Source of the DNA: Lepidodermella squamata
Lineage: Eukaryota; Animalia; Gastrotricha
Length of the DNA stretch: 64,000 nucleotides
Assembly (NCBI GenBank): GCA_047495785.1
Contig: JBLDXI010000064.1
Span: 869,706 to 933,705 of the forward strand
Direction of reading: 5' to 3'
The translations under genes were made by a program, and so were the position numbers. Below are positions 36,401 through 49,113 of this stretch, piece after piece. Position 1 is the stretch's first letter; each line of letters begins with the position of its first letter. The notes beneath the pieces are model-generated. The model was not told the DNA's origin. It did no database searches and was given only the letters and a program-made list of their open reading frames with translations.

Positions 36401-39400
36401 TGTTAGCGAATCGCCTGCAAACGTGTTTGCCCGTGTTGCCACTATCAAATGAAGCAAGAATATGCGTGATTTATCTGGGTTCAGCACGATTCCGTATAGC
36501 TGCGATGCGTACAAGGGTTGAAAACAGCGTTACAGCCTGTTTTGGCTGGCAGCGAAATATCGGTCATCCGAAATGTTAGCGAATCGCCTGCAAACGTGTT
36601 TGCCCGTGTTGCCACTATCAAATGAAGCAAGAATATACGTGATTTATCTGGGTTCAGCACGATTCCGTATAGCTGCGATGCGTACAAGGGTTGAAAACAG
36701 CGTTACAGCCTGTTTTGGCTGGCAGCGAAATATCGGTCATCTGAAATGTTAACGAATCGCCTGCAAACGAGTTTGCCCGTGTTGCCACTATCAAATGAAG
36801 CAAGAATATGCGTGAATTGCCTGGGTACAGCACGATTCCGCATAGCTGCGATGCGTACAAGGGTTGAAAACAGCGTTCCAGCCTGTTTTGGCTGGCAGCG
36901 AAATATCGGTCATCCGAAATATTAGCGAATCGCCTGCAAACGTGTTTGCCCGTGTTGCCACTATCAAATGAAGCAAGAATATGCGTGATTTGCCTGGGTT
37001 CAGCACGATTCCGCATAGCTGCGATGCGTAAAAGGGTTTGAAACAGCGTTACAGCCTGTTTTGGCTGGCAGCGAAATATCGGTCATCCGAAATGTTAGCA
37101 AATCGCCTGCAAACGAGTTTGCCCGTGTTGCCACTATCAAATGAAGCAAGAATATGCGTGATTTGCCTGGGTACAGCACGATTCCGCATAGCTGCGATGC
37201 GTACAAGGGTTGAAAACAGCGTTACAGCCTGTTTTGGCTGGCAGTGAAATATCGGTCATCCGAAATATTAGCGAATCGCCTGCAAACGAGTTTCCCCGTG
37301 TTGCCACTATCAAATGAAGCAAGAATATGCGTGATTTGCCTGGGTTCAGCACGATTCCGCATAGCTGCGATGCGTACAAGGGTTGAAAACAGCGTTCCAG
37401 CCTGTTTTGGCTGGCAGCGAAATATCGGTCATCCGAAATGTTAGCGAATCGCCTGCAAACGAGTTTCCCCGTGTTGCCACTATCAAATGAAGCAAGAATA
37501 TGCGTGATTTGCCTGGGTTCAGCACGATTCCGCATAGCTGCGATGCGTACAAGGGTTGAAAACAGCGTTCCAGCCTGTTTTGGCTGGCAGCGAAATATCG
37601 GTCATCCGAAATGTTAACGAATCGCCTGCAAACGAGTTTGCCCGTGTTGCCACTATCAAATGAAGCGAGAATATGCGTGAATTGCCTGGGTTCAGCACGA
37701 TTCCGCATAGCTGCGATGCGTACAAGGGTTGAAAACAGCGTTCCAGCCTGTTTTGGCTGGCAGCGAAATATCGGTCATCCGAAATGTTAGCGAATCGCCT
37801 GCAAACGAGTTTGCCCGTGTTGCCACTATCAAATGAAGCAAGAATATGCGTGATTTGCCTGGGTTCAGCACGATTCCGCATAGCTGCGATGCGTACAAGG
37901 GTTGAAAACAGCGTTCCAGCCTGTTTTGGCTGGCAGCGAAATATCGGTCATCCGAAATGTTAGCGAATCGCCTGCAAACGTGTTTGCCCGTGTTGCCACT
38001 ATCAAATGAAGCAAGAATATGCGTGATTTATCTGGGTTCAGCACGATTCCGTATAGCTGCGATGCGTACAAGGGTTGAAAACAGCGTTACAGCCTGTTTT
38101 GGCTGGCAGCGAAATATCGGTCATCCGAAATGTTAGCGAATCGCCTGCAAACGAGTTTCCCCGTGTTGCCACTATCAAATGAAGCAAGAATATGCGTGAT
38201 TTGCCTGGGTTCAGCACGATTCCGCATAGCTGCGATGCGTACAAGGGTTGAAAACAGCGTTCCAGCCTGTTTTGGCTGGCAGCGAAATATCGGTCATCCG
38301 AAATGTTAGCGAATCGCCTGCAAACGTGTTTGCCCGTGTTGCCACTATCAAATGAAGCAAGAATATGCGTGATTTATCTGGGTTCAGCACGATTCCGTAT
38401 AGCTGCGATGCGTACAAGGGTTGAAAACAGCGTTACAGCCTGTTTTGGCTGGCAGCGAAATATCGGTCATCCGAAATGTTAGCGAATCGCCTGCAAACGA
38501 GTTTCCCCGTGTTGCCACTATCAAATGAAGCAAGAATATGCGTGATTTGCCTGGGTTCAGCACGATTCCGCATAGCTGCGATGCGTACAAGGGTTGAAAA
38601 CAGCGTTCCAGCCTGTTTTGGCTGGCAGCGAAATATCGGTCATCCGAAATGTTAGCGAATCGCCTGCAAACGTGTTTGCCCGTGTTGCCACTATCAAATG
38701 AAGCAAGAATATGCGTGATTTATCTGGGTTCAGCACGATTCCGTATAGCTGCGATGCGTACAAGGGTTGAAAACAGCGTTACAGCCTGTTTTGGCTGGCA
38801 GCGAAATATCGGTCATCCGAAATGTTAGCGAATCGCCTGCAAACGTGTTTGCCCGTGTTGCCACTATCAAATGAAGCAAGAATATGCGTGATTTGCCTGG
38901 GTACAGCACGATTCCGCATAGCTGCGATGCGTACAAGGGTTGAAAACAGCGTTCCAGCCTGTTTTGGCTGGCAGCGAAATATCGGTCATCCGAAATGTTA
39001 GCGAATCGCCTGCAAACGTGTTTGCCCGTGTTGCCACTATCAAATGAAGCAAGAATATGCGTGATTTGCCTGGGTTCAGCACGATTCCGCATAGCTGCGA
39101 TGCGTACAAGGGTTGGAAACAGCGTTACAGCCTGTTTTGGCTGGCAGCGAAATATCGGTCATCCGAAATGTTAGCGAATCGCCTGCAAACGAGTTTGCCC
39201 GTGTTGCCACGATCAAATGAAGCAAGAATATGCGTGATTTGCCTGGGTTCAGCACGATTCCGCATAGCTGCGATGCGTACAAGGGTTGGAAACAGCGTTA
39301 CAGCCTGTTTTGGCTGGCAGCGTAATATCGGTCATCCGAAATGTTGCGAATCGCCTGCAAACGAGTTTGCCCGTGTTGCCACTATCAAATGAAGCAAGAA

Positions 39401-42400
39401 TATGCGTGATTTCCCTGGGTTCAGCACGATTCCGCATAGCTGCGATGCGTACAAGGGTTGAAAACAACGTTCCAGCCTGTTTTGGCTAGCAGCGAAATAT
39501 CGGTCATCCGAAATGTTAGCGAATCGCCTGCAAACGAGTTTCCCCGTGTTGCCACTATCAAATGAAGCAAGAATATGCGTGATTTGCCTGGGTTCAGCAC
39601 GATTCCGCATAGCTGCGATGCGTACAAGGGTTGAAAACAGCGTTCCAGCCTGTTTTGGCTGGCAGCGAAATATCGGTCATCCGAAATGTTAGCGAATCGC
39701 CTGCAAACGTGTTTGCCCGTGTTGCCACTATCAAATGAAGCAAGAATATGCGTGATTTATCTGGGTTCAGCACGATTCCGTATAGCTGCGATGCGTACAA
39801 GGGTTGAAAACAGCGTTACAGCCTGTTTTGGCTGGCAGCGAAATATCGGTCATCCGAAATGTTAGCGAATCGCCTGCAAACGAGTTTCCCCGTGTTGCCA
39901 CTATCAAATGAAGCAAGAATATGCGTGATTTGCCTGGGTTCAGCACGATTCCGCATAGCTGCGATGCGTACAAGGGTTGAAAACAGCGTTCCAGCCTGTT
40001 TTGGCTGGCAGCGAAATATCGGTCATCCGAAATGTTAGCGAATCGCCTGCAAACGTGTTTGCCCGTGTTGCCACTATCAAATGAAGCAAGAATATACGTG
40101 ATTTATCTGGGTTCAGCACGATTCCGTATAGCTGCGATGCGTACAAGGGTTGAAAACAGCGTTACAGCCTGTTTTGGCTGGCAGCGAAATATCGGTCATC
40201 TGAAATGTTAACGAATCGCCTGCAAACGAGTTTGCCCGTGTTGCCACTATCAAATGAAGCAAGAATATGCGTGAATTGCCTGGGTACAGCACGATTCCGC
40301 ATAGCTGCGATGCGTACAAGGGTTGAAAACAGCGTTCCAGCCTGTTTTGGCTGGCAGCGAAATATCGGTCATCCGAAATATTAGCGAATCGCCTGCAAAC
40401 GTGTTTGCCCGTGTTGCCACTATCAAATGAAGCAAGAATATGCGTGATTTGCCTGGGTTCAGCACGATTCCGCATAGCTGCGATGCGTAAAAGGGTTTGA
40501 AACAGCGTTACAGCCTGTTTTGGCTGGCAGCGAAATATCGGTCATCCGAAATGTTAGCAAATCGCCTGCAAACGAGTTTGCCCGTGTTGCCACTATCAAA
40601 TGAAGCAAGAATATGCGTGATTTGCCTGGGTACAGCACGATTCCGCATAGCTGCGATGCGTACAAGGGTTGAAAACAGCGTTACAGCCTGTTTTGGCTGG
40701 CAGCGAAATATCGGTCATCCGAAATATTAGCGAATCGCCTGCAAACGAGTTTCCCCGTGTTGCCACTATCAAATGAAGCAAGAATATGCGTGATTTGCCT
40801 GGGTTCAGCACGATTCCGCATAGCTGCGATGCGTACAAGGGTTGAAAACAGCGTTCCAGCCTGTTTTGGCTGGCAGCGAAATATCGGTCATCCGAAATGT
40901 TAGCGAATCGCCTGCAAACGAGTTTGCCCGTGTTGCCACTATCAAATGAAGCAAGAATATGCGTGATTTGCCTGGGTTCAGCACGATTCCGCATAGCTGC
41001 GATGCGTACAAGGGTTGAAAACAGCGTTCCAGCCTGTTTTGGCTGGCAGCGAAATATCGGTCATCCGAAATGTTAACGAATCGCCTGCAAACGAGTTTGC
41101 CCGTGTTGCCACTATCAAATGAAGCAAGAATATGCGTGAATTGCCTGGGTTCAGCACGATTCCGCATAGCTGCGATGCGTACAAGGGTTGAAAACAGCGT
41201 TCCAGCCTGTTTTGGCTGGCAGCGAAATATCGGTCATCCGAAATGTTAGCGAATCGCCTGCAAACGAGTTTGCCCGTGTTGCCACTATCAAATGAAGCAA
41301 GAATATGCGTGATTTGCCTGGGTTCAGCACGATTCCGCATAGCTGCGATGCGTACAAGGGTTGAAAACAGCGTTCCAGCCTGTTTTGGCTGGCAGCGAAA
41401 TATCGGTCATCCGAAATGTTAGCGAATCGCCTGCAAACGTGTTTGCCCGTGTTGCCACTATCAAATGAAGCAAGAATATGCGTGATTTATCTGGGTTCAG
41501 CACGATTCCGTATAGCTGCGATGCGTACAAGGGTTGAAAACAGCGTTACAGCCTGTTTTGGCTGGCAGCGAAATATCGGTCATCCGAAATGTTAGCGAAT
41601 CGCCTGCAAACGAGTTTCCCCGTGTTGCCACTATCAAATGAAGCAAGAATATGCGTGATTTGCCTGGGTTCAGCACGATTCCGCATAGCTGCGAGGCGTA
41701 CAAGGGTTGAAAACAGCGTTCCAGCCTGTTTTGGCTGGCAGCGAAATATCGGTCATCCGAAATGTTAGCGAATCGCCTGCAAACGAGTTTGCCCGTGTTG
41801 CCACTATCAAATGAAGCAAGAATATGCGTGATTTGCCTGGGTTCAGCACGATTCCGCATAGCTGCGATGCGTACAAGGGTTGAAAACAGCGTTCCAGCCT
41901 GTTTTGGCTGGCAGCGAAATATCGGTCATCCGAAATGTTAACGAATCGCCTGCAAACGAGTTTGCCCGTGTTGCCACTATCAAATGAAGCAAGAATATGC
42001 GTGAATTGCCTGGGTTCAGCACGATTCCGCATAGCTGCGATGCGTACAAGGGTTGAAAACAGCGTTCCAGCCTGTTTTGGCTGGCAGCGAAATATCGGTC
42101 ATCCGAAATGTTAGCGAATCGCCTGCAAACGAGTTTGCCCGTGTTGCCACTATCAAATGAAGCAAGAATATGCGTGATTTATCTGGGTTCAGCACGATTC
42201 CGTATAGCTGCGATGCGTACAAGGGTTGAAAACAGCGTTACAGCCTGTTTTGGCTGGCAGCGAAATATCGGTCATCCGAAATGTTAGCGAATCGCCTGCA
42301 AACGTGTTTGCCCGTGTTGCCACTATCAAATGAAGCAAGAATATGCGTGATTTGCCTGGGTACAGCACGATTCCGCATAGCTGCGATGCGTACAAGGGTT

Positions 42401-45400
42401 GAAAACAGCGTTCCAGCCTGTTTTGGCTGGCAGCGAAATATCGGTCATCCGAAATGTTAGCGAATCGCCTGCAAACGTGTTTGCCCGTGTTGCCACTATC
42501 AAATGAAGCAAGAATATGCGTGATTTGCCTGGGTTCAGCACGATTCCGCATAGCTGCGATGCGTACAAGGGTTGGAAACAGCGTTACAGCCTGTTTTGGC
42601 TGGCAGCGAAATATCGGTCATCCGAAATGTTAGCGAATCGCCTGCAAACGAGTTTGCCCGTGTTGCCACGATCAAATGAAGCAAGAATATGCGTGATTTG
42701 CCTGGGTTCAGCACGATTCCGCATAGCTGCGATGCGTACAAGGGTTGGAAACAGCGTTACAGCCTGTTTTGGCTGGCAGCGAAATATCGGTCATCCGAAA
42801 TATTAGCGAATCGCCTGCAAACGAGTTTCCCCGTGTTGCCACTATCAAATGAAGCAAGAATATGCGTGATTTGCCTGGGTTCAGCACGATTCCGCATAGC
42901 TGCGAGGCGTACAAGGGTTGAAAACAGCGTTCCAGCCTGTTTTGGCTGGCAGCGAAATATCGGTCATCCGAAATGTTAGCGAATCGCCTGCAAACGTGTT
43001 TGCCCGTGTTGCCACTATCAAATGAAGCAAGAATATGCGTGATTTATCTGGGTTCAGCACGATTCCGTATAGCTGCGATGCGTACAAGGGTTGAAAACAG
43101 CGTTACAGCCTGTTTTGGCTGGCAGCGAAATATCGGTCATCCGAAATGTTAGCGAATCGCCTGCAAACGAGTTTCCCCGTGTTGCCACTATCAAATGAAG
43201 CAAGAATATGCGTGATTTGCCTGGGTTCAGCACGATTCCGCATAGCTGCGATGCGTACAAGGGTTGAAAACAGCGTTCCAGCCTGTTTTGGCTGGCAGCG
43301 AAATATCGGTCATCCGAAATGTTAGCGAATCGCCTGCAAACGAGTTTGCCCGTGTTGCCACGATCAAATGAAGCAAGAATATGCGTGATTTGCCTGGGTA
43401 CAGCACGATTCCGCATAGCTGCGATGCGTACAAGGGTTGAAAACAGCGTTACAGCCTGTTTTGGCTGGCAGCGAAATATCGGTCATCCGAAATATTAGCG
43501 AATCGCCTGCAAACGAGTTTCCCCGTGTTGCCACTATCAAATGAAGCAAGAATATGCGTGATTTGCCTGGGTTCAGCACGATTCCGCATAGCTGCGATGC
43601 GTACAAGGGTTGAAAACAGCGTTCCAGCCTGTTTTGGCTGGCAGCGAAATATCGGTCATCCGAAATGTTAGCGAATCGCCTGCAAACGAGTTTGCCCGTG
43701 TTGCCACTATCAAATGAAGCAAGAATATGCGTGATTTGCCTGGGTTCAGCACGATTCCGCATAGCTGCGATGCGTACAAGGGTTGAAAACAGCGTTCCAG
43801 CCTGTTTTGGCTGGCAGCGAAATATCGGTCATCCGAAATGTTAACGAATCGCCTGCAAACGAGTTTGCCCGTGTTGCCACTATCAAATGAAGCAAGAATA
43901 TGCGTGAATTGCCTGGGTTCAGCACGATTCCGCATAGCTGCGATGCGTACAAGGGTTGAAAACAGCGTTCCAGCCTGTTTTGGCTGGCAGCGAAATATCG
44001 GTCATCCGAAATGTTAGCGAATCGCCTGCAAACGAGTTTGCCCGTGTTGCCACTATCAAATGAAGCAAGAATATGCGTGATTTGCCTGGGTTCAGCACGA
44101 TTCCGCATAGCTGCGATGCGTACAAGGGTTGAAAACAGCGTTCCAGCCTGTTTTGGCTGGCAGCGAAATATCGGTCATCCGAAATGTTAGCGAATCGCCT
44201 GCAAACGTGTTTGCCCGTGTTGCCACTATCAAATGAAGCAAGAATATGCGTGATTTATCTGGGTTCAGCACGATTCCGTATAGCTGCGATGCGTACAAGG
44301 GTTGAAAACAGCGTTACAGCCTGTTTTGGCTGGCAGCGAAATATCGGTCATCCGAAATGTTAGCGAATCGCCTGCAAACGAGTTTCCCCGTGTTGCCACT
44401 ATCAAATGAAGCAAGAATATGCGTGATTTGCCTGGGTTCAGCACGATTCCGCATAGCTGCGAGGCGTACAAGGGTTGAAAACAGCGTTCCAGCCTGTTTT
44501 GGCTGGCAGCGAAATATCGGTCATCCGAAATGTTAGCGAATCGCCTGCAAACGTGTTTGCCCGTGTTGCCACTATCAAATGAAGCAAGAATATGCGTGAT
44601 TTATCTGGGTTCAGCACGATTCCGTATAGCTGCGATGCGTACAAGGGTTGAAAACAGCGTTACAGCCTGTTTTGGCTGGCAGCGAAATATCGGTCATCCG
44701 AAATGTTAGCGAATCGCCTGCAAACGAGTTTCCCCGTGTTGCCACTATCAAATGAAGCAAGAATATGCGTGATTTGCCTGGGTTCAGCACGATTCCGCAT
44801 AGCTGCGATGCGTACAAGGGTTGAAAACAGCGTTCCAGCCTGTTTTGGCTGGCAGCGAAATATCGGTCATCCGAAATGTTAGCGAATCGCCTGCAAACGT
44901 GTTTGCCCGTGTTGCCACTATCAAATGAAGCAAGAATATGCGTGATTTGCCTGGGTTCAGCACGATTCCGCATAGCTGCGATGCGTACAAGGGTTGGAAA
45001 CAGCGTTACAGCCTGTTTTGGCTGGCAGCGAAATATCGGTCATCCGAAATGTTAGCGAATCGCCTGCAAACGAGTTTGCCCGTGTTGCCACGATCAAATG
45101 AAGCAAGAATATGCGTGATTTGCCTGGGTTCAGCACGATTCCGCATAGCTGCGATGCGTACAAGGGTTGGAAACAGCGTTACAGCCTGTTTTGGCTGGCA
45201 GCGTAATATCGGTCATCCGAAATGTTGCGAATCGCCTGCAAACGAGTTTGCCCGTGTTGCCACTATCAAATGAAGCAAGAATATGCGTGATTTCCCTGGG
45301 TTCAGCACGATTCCGCATAGCTGCGATGCGTACAAGGGTTGAAAACAACGTTCCAGCCTGTTTTGGCTAGCAGCGAAATATCGGTCATCCGAAATGTTAG

Positions 45401-48400
45401 CGAATCGCCTGCAAACGAGTTTCCCCGTGTTGCCACTATCAAATGAAGCAAGAATATGCGTGATTTGCCTGGGTTCAGCACGATTCCGCATAGCTGCGAT
45501 GCGTACAAGGGTTGAAAACAACGTTCCAGCCTGTTTTGGCTGGCAGCGTAATATCGGTCATCCGAAATGTTGCGAATCGCCTGCAAACGAGTTTGCCCGT
45601 GTTGCCACTATCAAATGAAGCAAGAATATGCGTGATTTCCCTGGGTTCAGCACGATTCCGCATAGCTGCGATGCGTACAAGGGTTGAAAACAACGTTCCA
45701 GCCTGTTTTGGCTGGCAGCGAAATATCGGTCATCCGAAATGTTAGCGAATCGCCTGCAAACGTGTTTCCCCGTGTTGCCACTATCAAATGAAGCAAGAAT
45801 ATGCGTGATTTGCCTGGGTTCAGCACGATTCCGCATAGCTGCGATGCGTACAAGGGTTGGAAACAGCGTTACAGCCTGTTTTGGCTGGCAGCGTAATATC
45901 GGTCATCCGAAATGTTGCGAATCGCCTGCAAACGAGTTTGCCCGTGTTGCCACTATCAAATGAAGCAAGAATATGCGTGATTTCCCTGGGTTCAGCACGA
46001 TTCCGCATAGCTGCGATGCGTACAAGGGTTGAAAACAACGTTCCAGCCTGTTTTGGCTGGCAGCGAAATATCGGTCATCCGAAATGTTAGCGAATCGCCT
46101 GCAAACGAGTTTCCCCGTGTTGCCACTATCAAATGAAGCAAGAATATGCGTGAATTGCCTGGGTACAGCACGATTCCGCATAGCTGCGATGCGTACAAGG
46201 GTTGAAAACAGCGTTCCAGCCTGTTTTGGCTGGCAGCGAAATATCGGTCATCCGAAATGTTAGCGAATCGCCTGCAAACGAGTTTGCCCGTGTTGCCACT
46301 ATCAAATGAAGCAAGAATATGCGTGATTTGCCTGGGTTCAGCACGATTCCGCATAGCTGCGATGCGTACAAGGGTTGAAAACAGCGTTCCAGTTTGTTTT
46401 GGCTGGCAGCGAAATATCGGTCATCCGAAATGTTAACGAATCGCCTGCAAACGAGTTTGCCCGTGTTGCCACTATCAAATGAAGCAAGAATATGCGTGAT
46501 TTGCCTGGGTTCAGCACGATTCCGCATAGCTGCGATGCGTACAAGGGTTGAAAACAGAGTTCCAGCCTGTTTTGGCTGGCAGCGAAATATCGGTCATCCG
46601 AAATGTTAGCAAATCGCCTGCAAACGAGTTTGCCCGTGTTGCCACTATCAAATGAAGCAAGAATATGCGTGAATTGCCTGGGTACAGCACGATTCCGCAT
46701 AGCTGCGATGCGTACAAGGGTTGAAAACAGCGTTCCAGCCTGTTTTGGCTGGCAGCGAAATATCGGTCATCCGAAATGTTAGCAAATCGCCTGCAAACGA
46801 GTTTCCCCGTGTTGCCACTATCAAATGAAGCAAGAATATGCGTGATTTGCCTGGGTTCAGCACGATTCCGCATAGCTGCGATGCGTACAAGGGTTGAAAA
46901 CAGCGTTTCAGCCTGTTTTGGCTGGCAGCGAAATATCGGTCATCCGAAATGTTAGCAAATCGCCTGCAAACGAGTTTCCCCGTGTTGCACTATCAAATGA
47001 AGCAAGAATATGCGTGATTTGCCTGGGTTCAGCACGATTCCGTATAGCTGCGATGCGTACAAGGGTTGAAAACAGCGTTACAGCCTGTTTTGGCTGGCAG
47101 CGAAATATCGGTCATCCGAAATGTTAGCGAATCGCCTGCAAACGTGTTTGCCCGTGTTGCCACTATCAAATGAAGCAAGAATATGCGTGAATTGCCTGGG
47201 TACAGCACGATTCCGCATAGCTGCGATGCGTACAAGGGTTGAAAACAGCGTTCCAGCCTGTTTTGGCTGGCAGCGAAATATCGGTCATCCGAAATGTTGC
47301 GAATCGCCTGCAAACGAGTTTGACCGTGTTGCCACTATCAAATGAAGCAAGAATATGCGTGATTTGCCTGGGTTTCAGCACGATTCCGCATAGCTGCGAT
47401 GCGTACAAGGGTTGAAAACAGCGTTCCAGCCTGTTTTGGCTGGCAGCGAAATATCGGTCATCCGAAATGTTAGCGAATCGCCTGCAAACGTGTTTGCCCG
47501 TGTTGCCACTATCAAATGAAGCAAGAATATGCGTGAATTGCCTGGGTACAGCACGATTCCGCATAGCTGCGATGCGTACAAGGGTTGAAAACAGCGTTCC
47601 AGCCTGTTTTGGCTGGCAGCGAAATATCGGTCATCCGAAATGTTAGCGAATCGCCTGCAAACGTGTTTGCCCGTGTTGCCACTATCAAATGAAGCAAGAA
47701 TATGCGTGAATTGCCTGGGTACAGCACGATTCCGCATAGCTGCGATGCGTACAAGGGTTGAAAACAGCGTTCCAGCCTGTTTTGGCTGGCAGCGAAATAT
47801 CGGTCATCCGAAATGTTGCGAATCGCCTGCAAACGAGTTTGACCGTGTTGCCACTATCAAATGAAGCAAGAATATGCGTGATTTGCCTGGGTTCAGCACG
47901 ATTACGCATAGCTGCGATGCGTACAAGGGTTGAAAACAGCGTTCCAGCCTGTTTTGGCTGGCAGCGAAATATCGGTCATCCGAAATGTTGCGAATCGCCT
48001 GCAAACGAGTTTGACCGTGTTGCCACTATCAAATGAAGCAAGAATATGCGTGAATTGCCTGGGTACAGCACGATTCCGCATAGCTGCGATGCGTACAAGG
48101 GTTGAAAAACAGCGTTCCAGCCTGTTTTGGCTGGCAGCGAAATATCGGTCATCCGAAATGTTGCGAATCGCCTGCAAACGAGTTTGACCGTGTTGCCACT
48201 ATCAAATGAAGCAAGAATATGCGTGATTTGCCTGGGTTCAGCACGATTCCGCATAGCTGCGATGCGTACAAGGGTTGAAAACAGCGTTCCAGCCTGTTTT
48301 GGCTGGCAGCGAAATATCGGTCATCCGAAATGTTAGCGAATCGCCTGCAAACGAGTTTGCTCGTGTTGCCACTATCAAATGAAGCAAGAATATGAGTGAT

Positions 48401-49113
48401 TTGCCTGGGTTCAGCACGATTCCGCATAGCTGCGATGCGTACAAGGGTTGAAAACAGCGTTCCAGCCTGTTTTGGCTGGCAGCGAAATATCGGTCATCCG
48501 AAATGTTAGCAAATCGCCTGCAAACGAGTTTCCCCGTGTTGCCACTATCAAATGAAGCAAGAATATGCGTGATTTGCCTGGGTTCAGCACGATTCCGCAT
48601 AGCTGCGATGCGTACAAGGGTTGAAAACAGCGTTTCAGCCTGTTTTGGCTGGCAGCGAAATATCGGTCATCCGAAATGTTAGCGAATCGCCTGCAAACGT
48701 GTTTGCCCGTGTTGCCACTATCAAATGAAGCAAGAATATGCGTGAATTGCCTGGGTACAGCACGATTCCGCATAGCTGCGATGCGTACAAGGGTTGAAAA
48801 CAGCGTTCCAGCCCTGTTTTGGCTGGCAGCGAAATATCGGTCATCCGAAATGTTAGCGAATCGCCTGCAAACGTGTTTGCCCGTGTTGCCACTATCAAAT
48901 GAAGCAAGAATATGCGTGAATTGCCTGGGTACAGCACGATTCCGCATAGCTGCGATGCGTACAAGGGTTGAAAACAGCGTTCCAGCCTGTTTTGGCTGGC
49001 AGCGAAATATCGGTCATCCGAAATGTTGCGAATCGCCTGCAAACGAGTTTGACCGTGTTGCCACTATCAAATGAAGCAAGAATATGCGTGATTTGCCTGG
49101 GTTCAGCACGATT
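12498..49113 (+). repeat. 173-bp tandem satellite array, ~212 head-to-tail monomers
   Basis: Consensus GGCTGGCAGCGAAATATCGGTCATCCGAAATGTTAGCGAATCGCCTGCAAACGAGTTTGCCCGTGTTGCCACTATCAAATGAAGCAAGAATATGCGTGATTTGCCTGGGTTCAGCACGATTCCGCATAGCTGCGATGCGTACAAGGGTTGAAAACAGCGTTCCAGCCTGTTTT. The period of 173 is visible directly and in the ORF-track spacing (12589 to 12762). Monomers differ at only a few recurrent sites; 13 CpG per monomer. Confidence 0.99.

Noticed and set aside
12498-49113. Satellite as a CRISPR array or a tandem RNA gene array (tRNA, 5S, SL RNA)
   Set aside because: No unique spacers and no cas genes in a eukaryotic context. I see no cloverleaf, A/B boxes, 5S similarity or convincing SL/Sm architecture. 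An Infernal/Rfam scan would be the definitive test.
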